DNA of 64,000 nucleotides from Lama glama. Lineage: Eukaryota. Positions 1 through 11,248 of the stretch are shown here, in pieces. The stretch covers positions 24,678,001 to 24,742,000 of the forward strand of contig CM052818.1 in NCBI GenBank assembly GCA_028534125.1. The letters are read 5' to 3'. The notes under the pieces were generated by a model that worked only from the letters and a program-made list of their open reading frames with translations, was not told the DNA's origin and searched no databases. Within the stretch, counting starts at the first letter, position 1, and each line of letters begins with the position of its first letter. Position numbers and translations under genes: made by a program.

Positions 1-792
1 AAAATATTTTGCTGTATAATAAAACATGGCACATCAAACCAACAAAATGGTTTGGCTGTTCAATACGGTCATAACCTTACTTTAGATGAAAGGATGGCAA
101 ATACCTCTTACACCTGGAGATTGTCAGTTAAAAAAATTCAGAGATATATTTGGCTTTGCTGTGCTTTGCTTAACTCTCATTTGATGGCTTTTCACCAACT
201 TCTGAAGCCTGCGTGGGACCGCAGCCATTAGAGGGAAGACATGCAGGCTGTTAGTCAGTGAAACAACAGTTACTTCCCTTTATTTCACTTAAACCCCAGG
301 TGTCCTCCCACCCTCCCTTCTACCTTTTGGGATGCTTATACCTCCAAGCGTGTAACTTGTAAACCCCACTGCTACTGTGGTAATAGCCAAAGGTAGGACT
401 GGAATATTTAGGGGCAAGCACACAGGGTGGCAGTCTATGGTAAATACTGGTTCCCAAAATTTTTAAAGATAAAGTCGTGCTTTGAGAAGGAAACTACTAA
501 GATTCAACACAGGAATCAAGTGGTTTCCAAGCACACTGCTGATGAAGAATTGGGCAACAGTCAAGATCAGAAAAGGTTGCCAGTAATTAAAGAGAGTTAT
601 CAAGGAATCCTTTGTCCTGTAACCCAGCTGAATAAAGATTCTGTTAAAGAAGTTGAGTGATCTGCACAGAGGGTTTTTAAATGTATCCTTTTGGGAGGCA
701 CTCTTCTGTCAATAGCAACGCTTTATCTGTGCTAGAACAGGCACAGTTCATCATTCATTAAGCTGTTCTCAAATTTGTATATACTCATATTT

Positions 793-916
793 AAAAAAAA
801 ATTTGTTGGGGGGAGGTAATTAGGTTTACTTATTTTTAGAGGAGGTACTGGGGATTGAACCCAGGATCTAATGCATGCTAAGCATGTGCTCTACCACTTG
901 AGCTACACCCTCCCCC
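793..916 (-). mobile_element. Camelid tRNA-derived SINE (Vic-1 type)
   Basis: The reverse complement reads GGGGAGGGTGTAGCTCAAGTGGTAGAGCACATGCTTAGCATGCA...CCTGGGTTCAATCCCCAGTACCTCC (A and B boxes), followed by the AAACCTAATTACCTCCCC tail. Imperfect TSD tatatact at 778 and 917. Confidence 0.93.
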
Positions 917-2879
917 TATATACTATTTTTAAGGACAACATGCTTCCCTTTGTTTTGACTCCATGATTTCAAGGCAACTTTATGAGTATTTATTTTGTAT
1001 GCCAAATACCATGACCTCAAGAAGAAGATGTCCTAGACACTGAACATGTGACTCCAGTCCCTGGGAAGACCTTCACCCCATTGTTAATCACCATAACAGC
1101 TCCCTGGTTTATCATGCATTTCTTGGGGATTTAGTGTGTGTCAATACCTAAGAGCCTCAGAAACTCTGGGAAAACTGAATCCAGAAAGTTGTCTCTTGCC
1201 CTTAAACCATAGAATCCCTATTATAAAGGCTACTTAGTGAGGTTTAATTGAGTGATAGCTGACTTCATTCAGCAGCAGTCTTTCTGAAAGCAGAAGAGAC
1301 AAAATGTGCCCCCGCCTAAGGATTCCTCCTCGGTCCTCCTCCAGTAGCACTGGGTGTGCTCTCAAAAGATCATCCGAAGGTGTCCCCCACCGCCATGCTG
1401 CTGCTTTGTGCTGGTGAACGGTAGTTCTTACAGATGCTAGAACAACAAGGAGTCATTTTTATTGTAAAGACTTGACGTGTCATTCAAACTTGTGAATTCA
1501 ATAACTTCTCATTCAAACACCCAAAGGCAAATGTGTCTTATCCACTTCTTTGCAATCAAATGCCCTACAGCACACAGAAAAGCCATTTAGAAAAGGACAA
1601 GACACTCCAAACACTTGCAGCACCAGGGTTGAGGGTCCATCGGAGATTGCAGGCCCTTGGAAATAGGATATCACATCATTTCTTTATGGAAAAAAAAAAG
1701 TCATTATCTCCTTATTTACTTCACTGGGATGCTCTAAAGTATAATCAACACTCGTCACCTTTTCCCCTTTACCTTGGAGCCCTAGGCCCTTCATAAATAT
1801 ATCATTTCCCGATGATGTATCTGAAATACAGATCTAAAGAAGTGTCTAGAGGGGTCAAAGCTGCATTATTTGTCAGTGTCGATGAGGCTGAAAACATGGC
1901 CTGGACTTAGACATAGAGGTCAGGAACTTGGAACACAGTCTTGAGAAAACTGCTGAACTCAAAAAAAAAAAAAAAAGAATACAAATTATAGCTGGCAGTT
2001 GCCTTGTGCCAGACACTACCTGGGAGCTTTTGACACGTTTGTAATTCTCTCAATGACTCTGCAAAATAGTTATTATCCAGCTTTTTACTAACGGAGAAAT
2101 TGAGAGACAGGAATGCTAAGTAACATTCCCAAGGTCACACAGCCAGACGGCGAGGCGCGTGCACGTGATGTCTAAAGACTCTTCCTTGAAATACACTGGT
2201 GTGCTTCTCAGCACAGCCTTGCTCAGCTCTGGATCAATGACTAAACTTAAAACAGCCTCTCTTTGCCTCAGTTTTGTCCCCTATGAAATAAAGCTAGTAC
2301 ACTAAATAATTCTGAGTTTCCTTCTTGTTTTAAATCTTATGACAGATGCCTCGTGAATTATACAGGTAAAGACCACTTTGCCCAACATGCAACGCAGCAA
2401 CATTGGTAGAATTTGTAGAAGCCTTTGAAATTTGAGAGCACAGAATCTTGTTTATAATCTATTGGTTAAACATAATGCTAGCAATTACCTTTAACGGGCA
2501 GTTACAAAAATTGAAACTGGAGGGCAAGAAAGGGTCATGGGCCTTCCTAAAAGTTTGAGTGTAGTCAACAGAAAAAAATATATATGTACTCTTCATTGAA
2601 TCTGATTACTTGGGGTGACCTCAGAAGGCTGGGCCTGCGGACAGTTGTAGCTGCCACAGTTCCAACAGTGCCTGTCATGTGCTCTGGGCTAAGCTCTCCT
2701 TTCAGTAATACCTCTCCCTTAGGTCAACATGGATATGTGAGAGCTGAAACACCATAGCTGTTGTTCTCTGCAAAATTCCAGGTTCAAGTAATCCAGTCCA
2801 TGGTAAGATCCTTTGTTGGTGCTGGGGGGTTTCAAATTGGGCAAAATGGTTTTGCTGTCACTGTGAACTCTTCCCGGAA

Positions 2880-3075
2880 ATGTAGCGAAGTAATGAAAGA
2901 CTCAGGTTCAAGTCCCGTTCCGCCATGCACAGGCTGCTGTACGACTGTGATTGGGGTTAAAGAGATGACCCGTCGCCTGTGAGCCTCAACTCCTCCCTGG
3001 TAAACGGGCATAACATCTGCCTTAAAGGGTGGTTGTGAGAAACAAGGGAGGGTCAAGTACAGACCTTGGCATCAC
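2880..3075 (+). mobile_element. MIR SINE
   Basis: ggttcaagtcccgttccgcc...gagcctcaactcc...gggtggttgtgaga resembles the MIR B-box and core. It explains ORFs 2761..2982 and 2832..3056. Confidence 0.7.
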
Positions 3076-3079
3076 ACGT

Positions 3080-3745
3080 GGATTCTGGAAACAGCCTCCT
3101 GACTGGTCTCTCGACTTCTGTCCCAACACCCCTCCCTAGACTTTTAGCCCAGCAGATGAAGGGATTCTGATAGCAACTTCTTTCCCTTCGATTTCTATCT
3201 CACTCATGGTAAAAGCCAAACACCCTTATATGTTTTATAAGGCCCTCCATGATCTGCACCCTCTCCCCTTTCTGCACCCCCGACTTCTCCACCTTTATCC
3301 CTGGTTACCCTCCCTCTTGGACACCGTGGCAGCCTCACCTGCCTCCTGCAGGCTCTGGAGTGTGGAGTGCACCAGGCACACTCCTGCCTTAGGTCCTTTG
3401 AACTTGCTGCTCTCTCTGCCTGAATTCTTTCCTGGACACGTGCATGGCTTACTCCCTCCCTCCTGCAGGTCTCTGCTCCAAGAGCATCTTTTCCATACAT
3501 GCCTCCTTGGCACCCTTCCCAAAATTATCAGTCCTCTGCTCCCAAGACCTCCTTTCTCCCCTACATCTATTCTTTTCCTTTAGTATTTATTACCATATAA
3601 CAGAATGTATATTTTACCTGCCTTGTTTATTAGCTGTTTTGCCCCCTAGAATCTAAGCTGCAAAGATACAGATTTTTGATTGGTTTGTACACTTCTATGT
3701 TGCCAGTTTTTAGAGTCATGCCTGGCATGTTAACATTAAGCTGTT
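3080..3745 (+). mobile_element. L2 (L2a-like) 3' fragment
   Basis: acagcctcctgactggtctc...aaggccctccatgatctg...cccctagaatctaagctgcaaa...tgcctggca are typical L2 3' landmarks. Confidence 0.8.
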
Positions 3746-3789
3746 CTGACAAAGAAAAGGAAAAAAGGAAGTCTCCTTAAGGCAGTACT

Positions 3790-5405
3790 GTCCCTAGCAG
3801 CAAAAAGCTGAGAAAAATATCTGTCAACAGATAAGTGGATACAAAATTTGCAGTATGACACCAAAAAGATACTATTGAGTAGTGAAAAATGAAGGCAACT
3901 ATGTGAAAAACATACCTGGTTCTTAGAAATATAATTTGAGTGAATAAAGCAAGTTGCAGAAGACTATAGTAGCATAACGCCAAAGCCAAATTATAAGGAA
4001 AACAAAATAATATATTGTTAGGGATACAGTCATATGTGATCAAAACTGTAATTTTTTTTTTTTGAAAAATGGGTTAATTTGCTTCCCAGGAAATCCCCAG
4101 CAGTCCTTTGCCTCTAGCTATCACATCTGGCTTAACGACACAAAGCAATAGAGTACATTGTTTAAATATACATATATAAATACACAGTGAAGGTAAGAAA
4201 ATAAACAGAAGTGTGATGCACAATTGCCTCAGTTTAATGGTGGTCAAGAGAGAAGACAAGATGAAATGTGAAGGGGTATCATTAACTGCATCTGTAACAC
4301 TTTCTTCTTTGCCTATTTATTTCCTTCCTTCCTTCTTCTCTCCCTTCACCTTCCTTCCTTTCTCTGTGAGAGACAGACAAAGGGAGAGAGATGGAGAGAG
4401 AGCTCTGAGACAAATGCAGCAAGTAGTTAAAACCTAACTTGGGATTCTATATGATTCTGTGACACCATTTTCTATGTAATTTTTTAACAGCTTTTAAATG
4501 TTTCAAATTGTAAAGTAAAATTTATACAGTATCATGAGAAAATGTGTTAGTTAATATGAACACTGAACAAATGAATAATTTTCTAAAGAACAAATAAGTT
4601 TTTCAAATGAAGCTGCAATTTAAAAGAATAGACCTAAGACTGTTTAAAAAATGAAACAGGAATTTGAAATCTACTTACAGGGGGAGAAAAAAAAAGAAGG
4701 CCCAGGTGATTTTACAAATGCGCTCTACCAAATATTCAAGGAACAGATAATCCCAATTTTCTGAAGTATTCCAGATAAGATGGGTGGGAAAAAGGAAATT
4801 CTCTCTTTTATTAGAAGGCAAGTAAATCCTAGATTCCAATACCAGACAAGAGCCATAAGAAAAAAAGCAAGAAATCATAAGATAAGAAAATTAAATAAAG
4901 GTATTAAAATTTAGAAAAAAAAACTTCCCTTTATTGAAATTAAAATCGAAATTTCCTATGTAGAAACTAAAATAACAGTAATTATGTTTTTACATAGAAA
5001 ATTTTAAATAAAAATAACTTTGTAAAAAAAAGTCATTTGAAGCTGCAGCAAAAACAATACATTTCTCGGGAATCAATTTTAAAGTGAGTGAGAGAAATGT
5101 CACCCCTTATGGAGAAAATGATTTTAAAACCATAAAAAATCATTAAAGGAGACAAACAAAGGAGATAAATATGTGGAAAGATGTAACACATTCATTCATG
5201 GCAAAAAAAAAATAATGTGAAAGTGTCAATAAGCCTTTCCAAATTAAACTATAATTTCCATGTAATTAAAATAAAAATTTCAACAGGATTTGGAGGAAAC
5301 TGATGAGCATGTAATTCTGAAATGCATATGGGAAAGCAAAGGGCCCAGAACACCCACTACAAATATAAAAAAGAAGAAGAAGGCAGCACTGCTGCCTGAC
5401 CAGAC
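3790..5405 (+). mobile_element. Ancient L1 (L1M/L1ME-like) degraded 3' UTR and ORF2 fragments
   Basis: A-rich. L1ME-like 3' segment (aaagcaagttgcagaagac) and ORF2-like aaggcccaggtgattttaca...ctaccaaatattcaaggaacagataatccc. Confidence 0.7.
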
Positions 5406-5409
5406 ACTA

Positions 5410-5900
5410 CCGCAAACCCCCCTTATCCACTGGGGATACGCTCCGAGACCACTCGTGGACGCCTGAGACTGCAGATAGTACCAAACTCCATATACACCAT
5501 GTTTCTTCCTGTGAGCACCTAAGAAAAAGTGATTTATAAATTAGGCACAGTAACAAGTTAACAATAGTGATAAATAGAACAATTATACTGTAATAAAAGT
5601 TATGTAAGTGTGGCCTCTTCTCTCTTAAAATACCTTATTGTACTGTGTTCACCTTTCTTCTTGTGATGCTGTGAGATGATACAATTCATACGTGATGAGA
5701 TGGAGCGAGGTGAACGGAGGAGGCACTGTGACGTAGCGTTAGGCTGCTACTGACCTTCCAACAGTAAGTCAGAAGGAGGGTCATCGAGCCATGACTGATG
5801 AATTGTTTATTTCTGGAATTTTCCGTCTAATATTTTCAGACCATGGTTGACTATGGGTAACTAAAACTGTGGAACATGAAACTGCCAATAAGGGGGGCAG
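5410..5900 (-). mobile_element. MER44-family (TcMar-Tigger) non-autonomous DNA transposon
   Basis: Terminal repeats cccccttatccac... and ...ataagggggg, preceded by TA. Internal catggttgactatgggtaactaaaactgtggaa matches the MER44 left end in reverse. Confidence 0.85.
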
Positions 5901-5919
5901 CAGAGGGGGAAGGGGTACT

Positions 5920-6110
5920 TCCAGCATAGTGGTTAACTGCACAAACTCTGGGGCCAGACTTCGTGAACTGAATCTCTGTTCTGCAACTTACTGCCTATGC
6001 AAGCTTTTTTTTAATTTTATTTTTTAACATGATTCTTGGTTAGATTAAATGACTTCAGACATAAAGCCTTTCCAACTTGCCTGACATGTAAGTGCTTTGT
6101 AAGTGCTAGA
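5920..6110 (+). mobile_element. MIR SINE
   Basis: cagcatagtggttaa...ctctggggccagac...ctgcaacttactg matches the MIR 5' end. Confidence 0.7.
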
Positions 6111-6169
6111 TATTACTGTGGAAATACTAAATTAGCAACAGACATAATTAGATAATTGACTGAAGTAGA

Positions 6170-6485
6170 AACCTTAATGTCCAATTAACATATGGAAAAT
6201 TTTGTCAACCTCAATAGCAACAAGAGAAATGCAAGTTAAAGCAAAAAAAAAAAAAAATCACAGGAAAAAGTAAAATGTCTGACAACACCCAGTACTGAGG
6301 AAGTTGTGAAGAAAATAGTAATTCTTAAAACTACATCTTCAGTAAAGAATCTGGCAGTGTTTGTTAAAGCTGAATAGCACATAAACTACAATCCAACAAT
6401 TTCACTCATGGGTGAATAGTCTAGAAAAACTTTCTCAAATCTTGCAGAAGACAACTCACATCATAACAATCATTACAATTTTGAC
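6170..6485 (+). mobile_element. L1ME-like ORF2-end fragment (host of later insertions; resumes at ~8580-8840 and ~11250-11500)
   Basis: agagaaatgcaagttaaag...tacaatccaacaatttcactcatggg are L1 ORF2 C-terminal landmarks. Confidence 0.65.
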
Positions 6486-6489
6486 ACAA

Positions 6490-7020
6490 ATTGATCAAAA
6501 TGGTGGAGTAGGAGGACACGGAATACATTTCCCCCAATGAATACATCAAAAATGCATCTACATGTGGAACAATCCTCACTGGAGAAACTGGCAGAAAGAC
6601 CCCTGTGCAGCTGAGAATGTAAGAAAGACACACACACACAATTGCATAGGGAAGGAAGAGAAACCACCAGGCTGGGACCTGTGCCCATGGGAGGAGACTC
6701 AGAGGAGCTGGGACATGATACAAGGGGGATTCACCCTGGGTAGTAAGCAGCCTGAGTCATCTACTGGGTGACCAGCCCCGGGGTCCTGCACAAGGAAGCA
6801 GAGCCCCTTGGCTGGCTGGAGTGCCGCTGGGACGGACAGGAGAGCTGTGGGAAGCCTGGGCTCTGCTCGTGAGGACTGTGTACACTCTTCTTTGCCCCAG
6901 CATCAGAGCAGAGAGCACAGACTGAAGACTGCTCCAGTGGCTGCCCAGTTTCCTGCATCACAGCTGGCACGTGCCTCAGCCTGAGCTGAGCAAACATTCC
7001 AGCACCACTTACTCCATATC
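6490..7020 (+). mobile_element. L1 5' UTR (laurasiatherian type)
   Basis: Begins with a YY1-like CAAAATGGTGG (6496-6506), then aggaggacacgga...aatacatcaaaaatgcatctacatgtggaacaatcctcac. GC-richer than the flanks. Confidence 0.75.
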
Positions 7021-7027
7021 ACATACG

Positions 7028-7450
7028 TCATTTGTAGCAACATAGTTGGACCTAAATGTTATCATACTAAGTGAAGTTAGGCAGGTAGAGAAAGACAAAT
7101 ATGATATCACTTATAGGTGGAATCTAAAAAAAAAAATAATCCAAATGAACTTATTCACAAAATGGAAACAGACTCAGATATAAAAATCAAATTTATGGTT
7201 ACCAAAAGGGAAAGGAGGGGAGGGATAAATTAGGAGTATGGGATTAATAGATACACACTACTACATATAAAACAAACAACAAGGACTTACTGTATAGCAC
7301 AGGCAACTACATTCAATATCTTGTAATAACCTATAATGGAAAATAACCTGAAAAGAGTATATATATATAACTGAATCACTTTGCTGTGTCCTTGAAACTA
7401 ATACACTACTGTAAATCCACTATAGTTCAATTGAAAAAAAAAGAAAGAAA
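7028..7450 (+). mobile_element. L1 3' end (artiodactyl type) with A-tail
   Basis: catttgtagcaaca...aaggacttactgtatagcacagg...aactgaatcactttgctgt...caattgaaaaaaaaa. Confidence 0.9.
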
Positions 7451-7469
7451 GAGTCCAGCAACCAAATGT

Positions 7470-8560
7470 AACAAATAACAACAAAATGAAAAGACAACCT
7501 AATGAAGGGGAGAAATATTTGCAAATTACATGACTGATGCAGTTCATATCCAAAATATGTAAACAGCTCATACAATTCAATATCCAAAATCACCTGATTA
7601 AAAATAGGCAGAAGACCTGACTAGACATTTTCTAAGGAAGACATCAGATGGTTAGCAAGCACTTGAAAAGATGTTCAACATCACTAATTATTAGAGAAAT
7701 GCAAATCAAATCCCAATGAGGTATCAGCTCACATCTGCAAGAATGGCTATCATCAGAAAGTCTACAAATAACAAATGTTGGTGAGGATGTGGAGAAAATG
7801 GAACCCTGGTACACGGTTGGTGGGAATGTTAATTGGTGTAGCCACTGGAAAAAAATATGGAGGTTCCTCAAAATACTATAAATAGCACTACCATATGATC
7901 CAGCAATTCCACTCCTGGGTATACATCCAAGAAAAATGAAAACACTAATTTGAAAAGGCACATGCATTCCAATGTTCATAGCAGCAATATTTATAAAGTT
8001 GAGATATGGAAGCAACCTAAGTATCCATCAACAGATGACTGGATAAAGAGGATATGGTATATATACACATACACAGACATATATATAATATATATATTAC
8101 ATATATATGTATACACACACACACTATATATAATGGAATATTAGTCTGCCATAAAAAGAATGAAATTCTGCCATTTGCAACAATGTGGATGGACCTAGAG
8201 AGTATTATGCTTGGTGAAATAAGTCAAAGACAAATATAGTATGTATCACTTATATATATAGAATTTAAAAAATAAAATAAATGAATATATATAGCAAAAC
8301 AAACCAACTTATTGATATAGAAAACAGATACTAGTAGGGAGAGGGAAACAGAGAGGCAAATTAGGCATGCAGGATTAAGAGATATAAATTACCATGTATA
8401 AAACAGATAAGCCACAAGGTATATTGTATAGCATAGGGAATTATAGCCATTATTTTCTAATAACTTCAAATGGAATATAATCTGCAAAAATACTGAATCA
8501 CTATGCTGTACATCTGAAAATAATATAATACTGTAAATCAACTTTACTTCAATAAAAAGT
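7470..8560 (+). mobile_element. L1 ORF2 C-terminus plus 3' UTR (L1MA9/artiodactyl-like)
   Basis: aaaatgaaaagacaacct...ccatatgatccagcaattccactcctgggtata ([11 protein letters not shown])...ctttacttcaataaaaa. A TA/CA simple repeat lies at ~8057-8131. Confidence 0.92.
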
Positions 8561-8839
8561 TTTAAAGTTTTTTAAAAATTATAATTTTTCAAGCAAATAC
8601 TAAGGACTCTATCAATGTCCCCAAATGGAAGAATGAGTACATAATTCATGATATGTTTACACAATAAAACACACCATATGGCAGGAAAATAAATGAACTA
8701 GTTGTGTTCAGTCACATGTAGAAGCTTAATGGAGTAAAAAGTTGTAGAAGGATATATACAGTTACCATTGATATAATTTCAACCATATTCAAAATAATGC
8801 TAAACTTTTTATTATAAAAACACACATACATCTTATGTA

Positions 8840-10674
8840 TAAAATCATATGATCATCTCAATAGATGTAGAAAAAGCATATGACAAAATTCAACATCCAT
8901 TCATGATAAAAACTCTCTCCAAAGTGAGTAAGACGACTGTGCCACAACATACAAAGGCCACACGGCAAACCCATAGCTAACGTCACACTCAATGTTGAAC
9001 AGTTGAAAGCTTTTCCTCTAATATCAAGAACAAGACAAAAATGCCCACTCCAGCTACATTTATTCAACATAATATTGGAAGTCTAAGCTAGAACAATTAG
9101 GCAAGAAAAAGAAATAAAAGATATCTAAATTGGAAAGAAAGAAGTAAAACTGTCACTATTTGCAGATGACAGGATATTATACAAAGAAAACCCTAAAAAC
9201 TCTACCTAAGAATTGCAAGAAATAAGTTCAATAAAGTGACCAGACACAAGATCAATAAACAAAAATCTGTTGCATTTCCCAACACTTTCAATAAACTAGT
9301 AGAAAGAGAAATTAAGAAAACCATAAACAATCCCATTTATAACTGCATCAAAAATAATACCCAGGAATAAATTTAACTGAAGAGGTAAAAGATCTGTACA
9401 CTGAAAACTATAATACATTCATGAAAGAAATTGATGAAAGATGCAAATAAATGGAAAGCTATTCCATGCTTATGAATTGGAAGATTATTATTAAAAGATC
9501 CGTACTACCCAAAGCAATCTCTAAGAAAATTCCAGTGGCATTTTCACAAAAATGAAATAATCCTAGAATCTGTAGGGAACCACAAAATACCTCAAATAGC
9601 CAAACCAATCTTGAGAAAGAGGGACAAAACTGGAGGCATCATGCTCCCTGATTTCAAACTCCAATACAAAGCAAAAGTAATCCAAACAATGTGGTATTGG
9701 CATAAAAACTGACACACAGATTAATGGAACAGAACATAAGAGTCCAGAAATAAACACACAAACACATGGTCAATTAATTCATGACAAAGGAGCCAAGAAT
9801 ATACAATGGAGAAAGGACAGTCTTCAATAAATGATGTTGGGAAAACTGGACAGCAACATGCAAAAGAATGAAACTGGACCTCTTTCTTACACCATATACA
9901 AAAATTAACTCAAAATGGACTGAAGACTGGAATGTAAGATTTGAAAGCATAAGACTTCTAGGAGAAAACATAGGCTCCTTGACATAATTCTTAGTGATGA
10001 TTTTTTTGAACCTGACACCAAAAACAAAGGAAACAAAAGCAAAATTAACAAGTAGGAGTACATCAAATTAAAAAGCTTCTACACAGTAAAGGAAATCAAC
10101 AAAATGAAAGAGCAACCTACTGAGTGTGAGAAAATATTTGTAAAGCATATGTAAGCATTCACTATCCAAGATATATTTAAAAATTCATAGAACTCAATAG
10201 CAAAAAACCCAAACATTTCTACTAAAAAATGAGCAGAACATCTGAATAGACATTTTTCCCAAGAAGACATACAGGTACATAAAAAGATGCTCAACATCAC
10301 TAATCATCAGGAAAATAAAAATTGGAACCACAATGAGACATCACCTAACACTGTTAGACGGCTATTATCAAAAAGACAAGAAATAACACACGTTGGTGAG
10401 AATGTGCAGAGAAGGGAATCCTGTGGGTTGTTTCTGGGACTATAAATCAGTACAGCCACTATGGAAAACAGTAAGGAGTTTCCTCATAAAATTAAAACTA
10501 GAACTACCATCTGATCCAGCTATCCCACTTCTGGGTATATATCCAAAGAAAATAAAAACACTAACCCAAAAAGATATATGCACCCCTAGTTTATTGCAGC
10601 ATCACTTATAACAGCCAAGATATGGAAACAACCTAAGTAACCATTGATGGACAAGTGGATAAAGAAACTGTAAT

Positions 10675-10727
<53 letters not shown>

Positions 10728-11248
10728 AATATTATTCAGCCATAAAAAAGAATGAAACCTAGCATTTGGGACTACATGAATGGACCTTGAGGGCATTATG
10801 CTAAGTAAAATAAGTCAGACAGAGAAAGACAAATACCATATGATCTCAGTAATACGTGGTATCTAAAAACAAACAAACAATAGAATAATAACAACAAAAA
10901 ATCCCAAACAAACCAAGCCTACAGATACAAAGAATAGACTGGCAATTGCCAGACATGTAGGGGGAGGAGAGAGGGGCAAAATGGGAGAAGGAGGTCAAAA
11001 GGTACAAACTTCCAGTTACAAAATAATTAAGTCATGTAATGTAATAGACAGCACGGTGATTATAGTTAATACTGTATTACACATTTGAAAATTGCTAAAA
11101 GTAGATCTTAAAAGTTCTCATCACAAGAAAAAAAATTGTAACTACATGGAGTGATGGACTTGCTGTGATTTTGCAATATATGCAACTATCAAGTCATTAT
11201 GCTGTACATCTGAAACTAATGTTACACATCAATTATACCTCAAAAAAA
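8840..11248 (+). mobile_element. 5'-truncated L1 (L1MA9-like), RT domain to 3' end, decayed
   Basis: HMIISIDxEKA-like start, RT motif LFADD (ctatttgcagatgac, 9156-9170), [12 protein letters not shown] in ORF 10393..10611, and a 3' UTR ending caattatacctcaaaaaaa. Many stops and frameshifts. Confidence 0.95.
10677..10725 (+). repeat. (AC)24 microsatellite
   Basis: Perfect dinucleotide run inside the L1 3' region. Confidence 0.97.

Noticed and set aside
81..113. 33-nt minus-strand micro-exon candidate
   Set aside because: Poor polypyrimidine tract, weak exon end (AAA|gt) and no recognisable peptide.
2723..2802. Plus-strand exon-like segment (cccttag|...CCATG|gtaaga)
   Set aside because: Stops in all three frames and opposite to the inferred host strand. 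Pseudo-exons like this are common.
3204..3656. Cluster of overlapping ORFs
   Set aside because: All lie within a pyrimidine-rich L2 remnant.
4300..4410. Pyrimidine tract followed by a GA-rich tract (possible hairpin or triplex)
   Set aside because: Low-complexity sequence with only short, imperfect complementarity.
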